DNA from: Camelus ferus
Taxonomy: Eukaryota
Assembly: GCF_009834535.1 (NCBI RefSeq)
Contig: NC_045697.1
Coordinates: 24,244,001-24,308,000 of the forward strand
DNA: 64,000 nt
Reading direction: 5' to 3'
In this document: positions 1-13,490 of the stretch, one piece after another
Layout: the number at the start of each line of letters is the position of its first letter
How positions within the stretch are numbered: position 1 is the stretch's first letter
Translations under genes and position numbers: made by a program
Notes under the pieces: model-generated
Databases searched by the model: none
Told to the model about the DNA's origin: nothing
Seen by the model: only the letters and a program-made list of their open reading frames with translations

Positions 1-2029
1 ATTTCATTCCAGCTTTATTCATTTCCATTCTGATACAGATTCCTTTTAAGGGAATCCCTTTAAATGAAATCCTTGAGGGTTTTATTGTTGTTTTGTTTTT
101 TATCTTTAATTACTTCTTCTCTACATTTATTGTCCTCCCCCTTTAAAAATTTATTTTCTTTACCTCCCTTTCTCCCTCAAGTCTTGAAATAATCTCAGGT
201 TGGAAAATATTTTAAGATCCGTTGCTTTTCTCTTTCTTATTTGTGTTTGAATTTTTTTTTTCTATAGAAGTGAAAAAAAACTGAGAAATCATAAAATGCT
301 TTGTAATCATTACATTCCGTTTCTAGGGTTGTGATTATTTTTCTTAATTGGATATAATGCCCAACTTTGTACATGAAGAGGATAGAACTTTAATGAGAAG
401 AATGAGAAAATGAAAATGCTGTACTCAGAGAAACCTGAGGCTTATTCAGTAGGTAAGCCAAGATCTCTTTAAAACTTGGGGACAGAGTCAGGGGAATTGC
501 AGAATCTCTTTTTAAACATAGGGTGGCAAAAACTCTTGTTTGGATAAATAAATACAGGTAATAGATAAATACCTTATTTGAGGTAAAATAGAACATCAGT
601 TTAGATAGATGAATATAAGAATTAGGATAATGCTAATTAACTTTGTATATTCCTAGGACCCTTCCAGATCTGAAAGAAATATAAATAAATACCAAAAGTA
701 AGCCACATAGAGGAAGTACACAATTGTCCCATTAGAAGACATGATTGCCCTAAAAGCATCTGACTTCCAGAATGCCCTTGTCTCCAAGGAGACTGGCTTC
801 CAAACATCCTAGGCTGATGTAATGTCATGAAGCAAATGGACTTTGCTTATATAAATAGGATACTTTTTAGCAATCCAAGCAGAGTAAGATTCCCGAAAGC
901 AAGTTGATTCATCAATAACTAAATCTATTCATAATCGAGAATTAACACAACCTCAGCAGCAAGCACTTTCCAGGAATAAATTGTTGTTTATCCACGGTGT
1001 GTAAATTACTCTTTCAAAAGTGTTTTAACAGATGTCACAATTTTATCTGATTTTTCTTCCTCCTCCATCTGCCACTGACTCAAATTCTCCTTACTCCATT
1101 CCCCAGGAACAGCTTTCATCTGCACTTATTTCCTTTAAATATGTAGTAGTCTTTGTTCATTGACTCAATTTTCCTAAAATATGGTTGTTCTAATTAATTT
1201 TACCTAAGTTGACATTAAGAGCCCTGGGGAAATTAATAAGAATCTTACATACGGATCCTTCATAATGTTAAGAAATCTAATCAGATTTACATAAATTTAT
1301 AAATGCCTTTGGTCACTGTAAAGCATGTGTGTGTAATTAGCCTTTGTTATTCAAGGGGCTCACCCAAATGATAACCAGGAAAAAGGAGGAAATTAGTTAG
1401 GAGATAGGATCCAAACACAGTTAAGTATTTTAACTCATTCATGTAACATTTGCTTTGTCTCAGTGTTGATTTTCTGTTTTACACGATGAATTTCCTTCTT
1501 TCAATTATTTTCTAAGAAGCATCCTATTTTTGGCATGAAATATTGATTTTCTTAAAGAAAAATTCAGGAAGGCACATCCTAAGCATGCTTAAGACTTTAA
1601 ATCTACCTGTGATTTTTGAACAGGGGTCATTAATTTGAAAGAATACTAGAATTGACTGTAATATTAATTGTTTTTAAACTGGTAGAGACTAAGTTCTCAC
1701 ATAAATATAGATACGTATATGCATACGTATGTGTGCATTTTTGTTTTCTTTTTCATAATGAGACTAGTGGGACTTTACAGGTTGAATTTATATTGTAGAG
1801 AGTAAAGGAAATTAGTTTATGTAATATTTGAATTGTAGTATAATGTACAGCCTATTATATACGTATAATTAAATGTGTTTAACATGATGAGTAATTATTT
1901 ATACAGTAAGTATGTCTCCCAAAATTCTTCATAGCAAGTTATTTTTTTCCTAAATGTACTACCACAGTTAACCTATATTTTTCCCATTGACGTGCCATTG
2001 CTGTGTGTTGAGTTGCTTGTTTACTTGAG

Positions 2030-2153
2030 TGCATTTTACCTGAATAAACTGTAACAGCAGGAACCACATCTATCTTTTTCATGATTTTATCTCCAACAGC
2101 TAGTTCCCTACAGTAACATAGTAGTGGATTAATAAATGCACTTTGAAATGAAA
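2030..2153 (+). mobile_element. L2 LINE 3' end relic
   Basis: Degenerate L2 terminal motifs (…ctgtaa…gcaggaaccacatctat…catagtag…aataaatgc…tgaaatgaa); recognised by eye. Confidence 0.5.
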
Positions 2154-5100
2154 GAGTTAGGCCATGGTAACCCTTTCGTTCAATATCAACACCAGCAACC
2201 TGGCTCTTATTTGCTTCACTTTTTCATGCAATAGGATAAGTATTCCAGGAATTTCATATCAGTAAATGTCTTGTTTCTCTACCCCGCCACCTTAGTTGGA
2301 TGCATGAAGACCATATTTGCATATGTCACTGCAGAGAAAGGAAGATTGATATGTGCTCCCTTAGGAAGTCATCTGTGTACTATTTAGAGCAAATATGGGT
2401 AGGTTGATATCTCTGGGAAATTTCCATTTTCATTTGTAAAGTAATTCTGTTTTTTCTGTGATGACTCTTTTGAAAGTCCCTTTCTAATTTTGTAATCTCT
2501 AAGTCTTTAGAATTTGCCAGTACTTCAGAGCATTAGATCATTTCCTTGGACTTCATATTTTATCTGCTTTAATTTATACTATTTGGTATACAACCTATGG
2601 CTACCTGATCAGACCGATAGTGTCAAATCTTCTATATTGGTATAATTTTGGCTATGACAGATTTTAACTTTAAACTAGCAAATAAGAATATTTTGCAACC
2701 TTTTAAAACTTATCTGTAATATTTACATGCATATCATTTTGATCTTATATACTGCCAAAATTCTTTTTACTTAACTTTAATGAAAGTCAATTAATTATTT
2801 TTAATTAGTTGAATGAAAAAAGAAAACTTGATCTCAAAATTTCCTGTTATCTTCCAGGTAAATTAGGATAAAGCATTTTCTGTTGAAAATCAAAATTATA
2901 AACTTGCTATCCATAAACTTACTATTGTATTTGTGGGCTATTTGTGGTTGAATCTGCTTGAGATGGATTGGGACATACATACAGAACCTCATTTAAGAAA
3001 CGTTTTGGATCTGAAATCATTTCCAATAGAAAAATGAGGGAGTCAATGTGGTGAGCATTCCTAATGAAATTATATTTTATGAGTGAAAGAAGATTCAGAA
3101 GGAATGTACTACTAACCTGATTTCTATATTTGCATCAAAATTAAGGATGGTACAATTATGAAATCATAACTGGGTTTTACTGAGAGTAGTGCAGTATTTA
3201 GAACTGGTTGTTTACTCAGAAAGCTTTGGTTGTGTCTGTGGTTTCTGTTCAGTTAGACTTGGGATGTTTAAAGGCCGTAGCCATATCTGTATCCTTCATG
3301 TCAGTAGCATGAGTCTGAGTCTAGTAGCTGTCTGTTGAATGCTTATTGCTTTAAATGAGAGGCATTGACCAAGAACATTGAGAAAATTGAAGCATTGTTA
3401 GTTTTTCTATTTGTAAATAGAAAGAAAGAAGTTGAGGAATTGTGGTTAGTGAGGAATGTCCCACAGTATCATCTGCAATATAAATTTAATATTTACCTCA
3501 TTATCAGTAGGAATAGTATATTCTCTTAGCATCATTTTGTATATGAAGCCAATTTCATTTCATCAGCTTTCACATCTTACATGAAACATTTGATCTATAA
3601 ATGCTTTTTTATCTTTACCATCTTTTATCTCTTATTTTTCACTTTATATCTTATAGAGCTTCTTGAATATAATGACCAGATTTTAGACATTTCTATGACT
3701 ATGACTTCACCTGCCTAACTCATTCCTCCACAAACATTTCTTGAATGAAATTAAGTAAATGTGTTACAAAGTTTAATTTGAATTTTTAGAAAATGATTCA
3801 GTTATAATCACTTCTCTTTAAGTCTTGTTTGAGGCAGAACCAAACATAGAATTGTCTATTATTTTAATAGGACACTGGTCAATCTCTTGAATCTAACAGA
3901 AACTTCTGAAGGGAGAAAGCAACACTTATTTATCTCAGAAAAATAGCTATGGAATTGATGGGGTTGTTAAAATACTTCAATCCTCTAGTCTACACTTTGT
4001 ATTCTGTTTTTGTATCTTCATACAGATGGTAGACCATGAATGTAAACAAAGTGAAGAAACCTTTTCCTAAACATTTATTATATTTCAATAACAGGCATTA
4101 ATCTATTTTATTAAGATTTGGTTTGTCACATTTCTAGAAACCTGTCTCACCTTCAGTGTGCTCTGGTGTTTCTGTCTACCTTGCCCGTCACTCAGGTCAA
4201 GTGTCGTCTTCATTGCTTGCATTTGTTATTATGCTCTTGACAATCATTATTCATATAGTGCCTGTACTTGATCATTTAACTCCTTGTCTTTGTGCTCCAA
4301 TTTCCTCAAATTTAAGAAATTAAGTAGCAAATACCAAAATGCTTAGTCCATATATTGTACATACTCAATATTTTATGCATTCAATATTATTTTGTATTTT
4401 CATGTTCTTTCACAGTAGTAGACCTGCTCTCACTATATTTATGTATAATGTAAGAAACAGAATAAAAGCTTCAGGCGATCCCAGCTATCATAATCAGCAG
4501 AACTATCAAGGTACTATTTTCAATAAGTCAAGAATATAACTTTCCCACAAACATATTATAAGCCTATTTAAAGGTTGTATTCAACCCATTCATATATGAG
4601 GGAACCAGAAAGAAGGTAAAACTGGTTCAAAAGATATTTTGTGGAACTGCACATAAAGATATTTGGGGGAAAAATGTTAAAATAAGATATGTAGGTAAAA
4701 TACAAAACTGGTTAATGTCCAACAGGGCAATAAACTAATTTGGGGCATTTTTATTTCTGCAGAGAGAAATCTACAGATTCACATGTAACTTCTCATTGCA
4801 AAATTTATGTAGAAAATAATTTATCTGTGGGTATGTTTATAAGGCAATGTCCCAGGGCAACACTGAAAGTTCCTTCCATGATGTCCTGGCATTTTTTGAA
4901 ATTGTTTAATGATTCCTTTAAAACAAAGTCAATAAACTCTAAAATTAGGCCTAATAAATACAATGTCTGCCTTTTTCCCAAGGGTCGATATGAAGTAGAT
5001 CTTAACTACTCTAAGAGAAAATAACTGTTGTGTTTGGCTCTCAGGACAGTGAATGACAGACTCAAATCTCAAAATCAAAAGGGCCAAACAGAAACTGCAA

Positions 5101-6379
5101 TCAGAATATAGGAACACATCATGAAGACATTTATTCAGGAATTTTACAGAAGCATCTCTACGGGGGAGTACAAGATAAGCAATTAATCACTACAATATAC
5201 AGACATTGGTAAATACATAGTGAATAGATCAGATCTGTATGAGAAATTTGAAGAACGTAAGCAAATTTTTTTTTTTTTTAACCAGATCCTTGGAGGAGTG
5301 AGGCCTATGAACACAATGTCATCCTTGAATTGTTTTAATCTCATTATTCTATTAGGATCTAATGACTAGTTTTCCAGAGCATTGTTAGTCAAGGTCAAAA
5401 GCTTAGGCTGCTATATCTGGCAGATGCTTTATAAATCGAACCTGCCTAAGTGATTGTATTAACAAATATATTTAAATGTATCTGCACATTTAAGGATATA
5501 TTGTCCTATTTGTTAATTGTTTCAAGTCCTTAGACCTTATGGCACTAATTTTAAAACATGATATTTCTTCTGTATTACTGAATCTAGAAAGAAAAGAAGA
5601 TAAAAGTCATGAAAAAATGCGACAAAGTTATCTTATAATTTAAAGTAAAAGGAGGTAGTGTATCAAATTTGATAAATTGTGGGACTGGTATGTCATACCT
5701 AGTTTAGTTGGCTGTCCTGTCATGCCTGCATGTTACCATAATTAGAGGTGACAGGGTGGAACATTTTAAGTCTTAAAAAACTCAAATCAAAGTAAATTCT
5801 TTACAATATCAAGCAGGGAATTCTAAGTCAAGTGGTTTGCGTTATCAAATACAAGTGAAAAAATTTTAAATACAGAGGAAAAGAGAAAGCTTCCATCCAA
5901 AGTTTGTGCTATTGGTAATTTAATGATGTCAACAAATTATAGGTGTAAGAGAACTGATTATTTCAGTGTTAAAAATATACCAGCAAGTTCAAGAAATCAT
6001 TTTAAGCATAACAGGCTTATATGGGTTATGCTACACGACCTGACTTGGAAGGTGTGAACTGTAGATTTCATTGTGATGCTGATACTCAGTTCTTTCCCCC
6101 AAAGCTTTCTTTGCAATTTTTCTTGCTTGAGAATTTTCACCTTATATAGTTAAATAAGCATTTAAAGGATTTTCTCTTGGGGTAATTCGTTCTTATAGTC
6201 AGACTCAATGTGTGTGCAAGGATTGCCTATCTATTCCGACATTATCAGAAGTGAAGAAACGTTTTTATTAGCCAGGGGCTAAGCTTCATACAATCTTTGT
6301 TTCAAACACATTGTGAGTCATCATGCATTTCCTAACTACTTTTAACTTAAACTGCTGTGCTGTTTGGTTACATGTTCAG

Positions 6380-6398
6380 AAAAAAAAAAAAAAAAAAA
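6380..6398 (+). repeat. poly(A) run, A19
   Basis: Counted directly. Confidence 0.9.
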
Positions 6399-8049
6399 GT
6401 ATCTTGTATTCTACAGATCCAAATAAAAGATTGCTATAAATCAGAACAGAAAATTAGTTGTTAGATCATCTGTTAACATATCTGTAAACATCTATGTCTA
6501 GACTAATTTTACATGTTGAAAAAGAAAACCCTTCAACCTTTCCACTGGAGGGCAATTTTAAAAATAAATTTATCATACTGTTGCCACTAGTTGAAATACT
6601 GATTATCAGGTATTAAAAATGAGATCTGGAGGAACTATAGAATGTTAGAACTGAGGATTTTAAACAACATTGAGCCAGTCCATTGTATCATTTTGTTTAT
6701 TTGTTTTATATTGGAGTGAATATGCACTTAAGCAGGGACAAGTAAAGAAAATTTCCTAAACTAGAAATTGAAAAGATGGATGTGGGCATCTCCATCTGGT
6801 AGATATAACCTGAGCAACTCGTAAGTCTTGTATCATAAATTTTAATATCTAGGCTTAAATTATTTTAAAAAGTAATTATTAAAAAGAATATAGTAACCTT
6901 TGCTCCCCCAGCCTCTCTTCTATTGTCCTTTGATTTTTTTCAAAAAATACATTTAAATGTCTTTCACCTTCACCTGATTTCTTTCCATAATATCTCATAT
7001 GTTGAAGTACATTGATATCATCTGTGATATTTAGCTGCAGACATCCAGTGACCTAGGACTATACCATTGTGATTGATAAACTGGGACAGTAATGCAAGCA
7101 TCCAGATTCCTAGCCCACAAGCTCTTCCTTCAGACAATACTGAACATTAAATTAAGGATTTGACAGGATAATACAATAAAGAAGAGACTTGGGATCAGAG
7201 GCCAGGACTGCATGTAACAGTGTCACAATTTGAGAGTGTTAGAAACTTTTGAGCATAGAAGCAATTGCCCCATAGTAGTGTGTGGTCCTAATGTCTAATG
7301 GTAATTGTCCCTATATAGCAGGGTTCTGGGTGATTATTTTGATTTGGGAATGGCTTCATTAATTTGCTTATCTTTATTGAATTTTTTACTATTCTAAACT
7401 TGCATTCCATATAAAATATTCAAAAATTTATTTTAAACAATCAAAGAAGACTGTAACAGATGACTGTTACATATGTTACATGCTGGGATTCCATATGATA
7501 TTTAAAATAGCAGCAAAGTTCCTAGTTAAAAAGGGCTTCTAAAGCATCGGCAGCAAATCTGATGAAATCTATTTTCCTGGAGTACATGGACTTGGGGAGA
7601 AAAGCTTCCTCAAGCCAAATAGACCTAAAATAAAGAAACAGAAAGGTGGCTTTTTAAAAATTCTTCCTTGAAGTGTTTTTACTCCGTTTTGCATTATCCC
7701 TAGCTTCAGCTCATTGCTTACAATGTGCTGTGCTAATCATCTATCTCCTTGTTTCACTATCCAAACATAGTTACTGACATATTTTTGTTTATTTACCTTC
7801 CTAGTTACTGCTCAGGGTCATTACCTCCAAAAGAAGGCATCCTACATTAGAACCACTTTTACTACTTTTTATCCTAGATTGATAGTACCTCTACCTATTC
7901 TCATGTTCAAGATGAGCAGCAGCCTTGCCCTGTGGTTAAAATGCCTTATTGCATCATAAACGAGAGAGTCAGGGGAAAAAATAAACAAACTTTTACTACT
8001 GAGAATATGGGGTTCACTGTCTTAGATTCTATATATAAGATGTAACTTC

Positions 8050-8245
8050 TGTAGTCAATTCAAGATTGGAATCCAGATTCTAAAAGCATACTTGCCATGC
8101 AATCTTAAATGTAAAAATATTTATAGAGATTTGGGGAGAAATAATACAAATGCCAGAGTATTGTTTTATCCAATGAAATAATATTTAAAAAGTATTTAGC
8201 ACAGTGTTTGAAATATAGTAAATGCTCAATAAATATTATTATTAT
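8050..8245 (+). mobile_element. MIR SINE relic
   Basis: Typical MIR 3' end tttagcacagtg…atagtaaatgctcaataaatattattattat; 5' boundary approximate. Confidence 0.55.
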
Positions 8246-8461
8246 CACTAATTAGTATTGTACTATATAGGCATACTATGTTTTTAAAAAGCACACATGG
8301 CAAATATTCAGCATTTCTTTTCCCCAATTTTCTTTTTAAGAATAAAGTTTTTCTCAATTTCAGCCACTTAGGTTTGGGTGAACCTGATCAATTAATCCTA
8401 TCTGTGTCCTAGATGAGAAAAATAGAATGCTGTCCTCAACTAGTAATAATCCTAGACTTCT

Positions 8462-9741
8462 TAGTGTGTGTCCTCAGGCTGTCTCATATCAGGTTATGAG
8501 AACCAACTATTAAATGTTCAGGAATTTTGTGATATGGTCGCTAAATACAGCAAATATTAAAAAGTAAAAGTGTATTAATTTATAATTAAATAAATTACAT
8601 TTTCAAAAGGTAATAAATTCCCAAAACTAATGCTTCCTAATTATTATGCTGCATTTTACTATTATCTATGCTATTGAAATTATTTATGCCTATTTTAAAT
8701 GTTATAATAAAGACTTTTGTATAGACTTGTGAAAAAAGAGAATCCTAGATTGATAGTGCCTCTACCTATTCTCACGATCGAGACAATCAGCAGCCTTGCC
8801 CTGCGGTTAAAGTATCTTTGCATTGGGATAACACTGTATAATGGTAAGCAAATGTGCATTTCTTTCCAACTTCATATTTAGTGACCTCAGCTTGTAGCTT
8901 GTAATTCTGTCATGAAGAAGGTATTTACACTACAGAATCGGTCAACACTGCATAACATGGCTTGATTTATTATTTTGTTGATTGTCTGGAGTTAATATTT
9001 TAATGGAGAGTATGTTACTAATGCAGATTTTTCTCAGTTTTTGTGTGTGTCTATAATCATTACATTGTGAATAGCCGCAATATATTATAGAAATATTATT
9101 CTAGTATTCAAAAATTATTATGAGATTAAGCATAGCGTTTTTTTCTAGGATAATATTTTATTTTTTCATTTTTTTATTGAAGTAGAGTTAATTTACAATG
9201 TTGTATTAGTTTCGTGTGTACAGCAAAGTGATTCAGTTATACATATGTGTAAATACATATGCTTTTTCAGATACATTTCAATTATAGGTTGTTACAAGAT
9301 AATGAATGTAGTTCCTTGTGCTATACAGTAGATTCTTGTTGTTTATATATTTTATATATTGTAGTGTGTATGTCTTAATCCCAGACAGAGCTTATTAATG
9401 TCTTTGGTGAAAAATTACAGGATGAGTAAGAAATTTAAATTGCTCATTAATCTTACACCTTTACATAAATTAGAATAACAACCAGTATTCATGTTGGGAC
9501 TACGATTGTTCATTAATTGCAACCAGTTAGCTATGAATTTAAAGACTTGGCAAAAATTAGCAAAAATACTTTGAAAATCAATTGGCTATATGGAACTTTT
9601 AAAAAGGGCATATATAATTTGTGATTATTTGTCAGTTGTATGCTATGAATCTTTATATTACTAAAACTTATAATAAATTTATGTAGTATATATTGGCACT
9701 TTTTTGAGAGCTGGTTGTTAAATATTTATTAGCACCCATGG
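8462..9741 (+). mobile_element. MER63-like non-autonomous hAT (Blackjack-group) DNA transposon, interrupted by two insertions
   Basis: Start tagtgtgtg…taaatgttcaggaattttgtga; internal gtatttacactacagaatcgg and aatcaattggctatatggaac; end gagagctggttgttaaatatttattagcacccatgg. All match my recollection of the MER63C/D consensus. Confidence 0.75.
9160..9383 (-). mobile_element. 5'-truncated L1 3' UTR (cetartiodactyl-type) nested in the MER63
   Basis: T-rich tail then tttattgaagtagagttaatttacaatgttgtattagttt…cagcaaagtgattcagttatacat…tgtgctatacagtag, homologous to the L1 3' ends at 36.6, 39.6 and 49.2 kb. Confidence 0.85.
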
Positions 9742-10649
9742 TTATATGCTAGCTATTAAGTTATTTGAATAAGTTTTCTACCATATGTTCCTGAAAGATT
9801 CAGTTGCACCTGAGTATTGCAAGTGATAAATCCTAGCATGTAGAATTAGATTAATTGAGGTGAGATGTGAGGCAGGAAATAGTCTTCCATTTCCAACTAG
9901 GAAGTTGACAATATCTATTAAGTGGTATAAATAATTTATTAAACAGTCACCTGCTAAATTTTAGATATCAGATCATGTTCCTACTTGTAAAGAAGCTCTA
10001 ATGTGTCTTGTTATAAAATATCAGACCGTTTGTAAAATAAAGGGCAAAAAATATGCTGGCCAAGAGGGATAAAACCAAACCAAGACAGGTGAAAATCTCA
10101 TAGCCAAAAGCTGAATTCTCCATTTTAAACTAAAGATTGTATCAGGAAATTCAGAAAGGATACAGACACAGCCCAGAAGAAAACTGTAATTAGGGGGATG
10201 TGGTACTCATGCTCCTGCTCCATTCTTTCTGGTAACCTGACAACCATGGCTGACAAAATGACAATTACCCAAACTTTAAAGAACCAGCTTCTGTTAAGCA
10301 ACAGGGGGATGAGGGGATAAATTAATTGTACCTCTTCCTCTGGCCTAATATTTCACATCAGTCTAGACAGAGCAAAATGAAGATTATTTAAATGACAGAT
10401 AGAGAGATGTTCTGAGTATCTAGTCATTTTTTAAAGAGACAGAAACCTCCAGGATAAAATTTATATTCAGAAACCATGACTCAATAACATCTCTGATATT
10501 AAAATAACAGGAGAAACAGAAATCAAATGGTCAGAACTTCTACATTTTAAGGTGTTAAATTTTAAGAGAAACCACAAGGCTCTTCAACAAAGGTCTATTA
10601 TTGCTCCACTTTTAAGACAAATTCCAGGCTAAGATCAGAAACCTAAGGT

Positions 10650-12170
10650 TTTTGTTTACTAAAGCATGGTAAGAAAAGCCATAAGGGAAGAAAAGCCTTC
10701 CCTTTACCTTCCAAAATGTACTCAATGAAAACCAAAGACAAGATGAATCTCCTCAGAGAGCAGGCTCAGGGCCTACCATATTGGCTGACCCAGAAACAGA
10801 TTTCTCTAAAAGACAAAGAGTTACTAATCCATTCGTGCAGAATACAGATAATGCTAGGAAAGATTATTAGTCTGTGTGTTTTCTCCTTCTTCCCTTTGCC
10901 AAATGAAAGACTTCATTTCAGATAGCTTATTCTGAAATCTGCCTTTGAATATAGAATGTGCTAGGATTACATTCATCATCTAATTTTAGGTTTTTGGACA
11001 TGAGTAGCTGCATCTGGAAGACTAGATGAAATTGTGGATATTCTGTTATGGAGACAAAGGTAGAGTATGTTATAAAATGTATGTGAAATAGTTGCATGAT
11101 ACTAGACTAGAGAATTTTTGAGAGTATATTATTGGAATCAGAATATATATTGATTCTAAGCACTGATTAGAATGGATTTTAGTAGATATCTGCTGTTTTT
11201 GTCTGCCTCGCCTACTTTAATCCATCAATTTTATTAGAATCTGGTGATTTTTCCCTTTTATATATTCTCTCCTACTTTTGGCCTATGATGTTCAATATGA
11301 AAATATCCATTCCCTGATTATTGACGTCAGCATATTATCAAGACCTTGTCAATATTACATTTCATCCCCCAATCATAATCAGTTGGTTTAAAGATGAACA
11401 TTAAAACCAAAATAGGATAATGGAATCATCAGGATTGATTCAAAATGAATAGAAAACACCAATATTTATAAAACTGAATGGCTGGAAGCCATATGTTATG
11501 GGCTGAGTTGTGTCTGCCTCCCAGAATTCATGTTTTAGTCCTAACCCCCAGTACCTCAGAATGTGGTTGTATTTGGAGAGAAAGCCTTTAATGGGATAAT
11601 TAAGTTAAAGTGAGATCATATGGATTGACTAATTCAATGAGTGGTGGTCTTATAAGAAGAAACTAGTACAAGACTGAGAGATGACCATGGGAGAGCACAG
11701 CAAGAAAACTAAGTTAAAATGAGGCTGTTAGGGTGGATCCTAATCCAGTCTGACTGGTGGTGTCCTTATAAGAAGAAGAGATCACATGAGGACACAGGGA
11801 GAAGGTGGCCATCTGCAAGCCAAGGAGAGAGGCATCAGAAGAAACCAAACCTGGTGACACCTAGATCTTAGACTTCTAGCCTCCAAAACTGTGATAAATC
11901 TAAGACACTCAGTTCCTCGTGTCCCTCATGTTGTTATGGCAGCCCAGGCAGGTGAAGACACCAATCAAGAGGAGCGGTAGGGGACTGAGTGTTCAAGACT
12001 CAATATTCTCTCCTTGTTGTCTAAGCATCCTGTTGCCAAACACAGCTTCCTTTTTTTCCCCTATGAATTCAATTTATAGTTCTTGAAAGGCTGTTTTGTG
12101 CTTTTCCTACTTGCTCATGTTTTAGTGTCTTCTGTTGCAAGTTCAAGTAGAATTCAAGTGAAACAGAGAA
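10650..12170 (+). mobile_element. Old MaLR relic (possible internal 3' region plus MLT1K/L-like LTR) interrupted by an MLT1B-like LTR
   Basis: LTR-like start tagtagatatctgctgtttttgtctgcc (~11180); LTR-like end …ttctgttgcaag…tgaaaca (~12165); very diverged, boundaries approximate. Confidence 0.35.
11494..11960 (+). mobile_element. MaLR solo LTR, MLT1B-like
   Basis: TG…CA ends; tgttatgggctgagttgtgtc…cctaacccccagtacctcagaatgtg…gccaaggagagaggcatcagaagaaaccaaacctg…gacttctagcctccaaaactgtga…ttgttatggcagccc; imperfect flanking 5-mers ccata/ccaat. Confidence 0.85.
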
Positions 12171-13016
12171 AAACAGGCAAATTTTCAAAACAGATGATTT
12201 TATGTATTATCTCAAAGTAAACTTCTTTACTTTATCATACAATTAAGTAACTAGCTGATAGAGGATAACCATATATACACACCAATTTATCATACATATG
12301 AATACCATATACGTATCATAGAATATTACATATGTACAATATACACAGAAATCTTTTCTAGGGAAGTAGATTCTGTTGTATAGACAATATTTTAAATTTG
12401 TTGAAAAACTTAGTAAATATAGATATGTAAAAATAGCAACGCTGAATTTCTCTCTATAAGAGGTAGAAGATACTTTTGAAATTGTGGGGATAGAAGCAGG
12501 AAAAGATCTGGGATAATATTAGATAAGAGCACAAAATACATGAAGGGAGAAGACAGAATGGCTGGAGAAAGGTAGTGTGAGCTTGGGACACCACAAGAGT
12601 AAACATTTTCACTAATAGGGTAGATAAAGGAGTTTATAAGAAGAGGAATTTCTGATATTCCAGTTGTGGTTGTTTCTGTAAATATGACGTCTTTCCTATG
12701 CCTGTATCCCTGATGGTTAGTAATTTTTATAACCACAAATGTCTTGTGTGTTCACACACGTGTGTCTGTGCATATGTGTGAATAAGTATATTTAAATCAA
12801 GTAAGAAACTGTATTCAGTCAACTTAGTGAGATACAACCCCTGGGAGAAGTTAGTAGTAATATGATAAATGAATTAATTGAGCAAAAGCAGAAATCCAGA
12901 GATAATGATAAAAATCAAAGACCCTTAACATTCATAGAAATTTGGGGACAAATTTTCTTCTCCATAAGATGTGGAAACAATGTTTGAGTTAATCTTTACA
13001 AACTCTCAATAGTCTA

Positions 13017-13490
13017 CTTATAAGTCAGGCCCTCACACAAACAAACAGTACACCGAGAATAGGATAATTCAAGGAGGGTTTATTTACAAATGTGTGGGTG
13101 GCTATGCTGGAAGTAGGGGGAGATGCCACAGAAGATAATAAAATAACCTGTAACATCCTAGTGTCATTTCCTAACCACCACTATGTCTAAAAGAGTGGGG
13201 AGGGTGCATTACTCAAAATCAGAAGTAATAAAACATCCTGTAGAGACTGTGTTTTGTTTGCATCAGTGGTTGAAGGATGCAGCTATTTTCAGGAAAAAGG
13301 AAGGGAATTAATGTCCTGACCTCGTGCTTCATCCTTCAGATCTGCTGGCACTCCCCATTGGCTGGAGACCAATCGAAGTCAGAGAACCCAGAAGCCATAA
13401 TATCTATAAAAGTCAGCTTCCTGGGTAAATAAGGCAGGTGGAGAAATGTGGGACAAGCATTTGAAGGAGGAAATGGAAGGTTCTTCCACA
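13017..13490 (-). mobile_element. ERVL solo LTR, LTR33-like
   Basis: aggataattcaaggagggtttatttacaaa, ctccccattggc…gaagtcagag and gcaggtggagaa…ggaggaaatggaag…caca match the reverse of the LTR33 consensus as I recall it. Confidence 0.7.
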
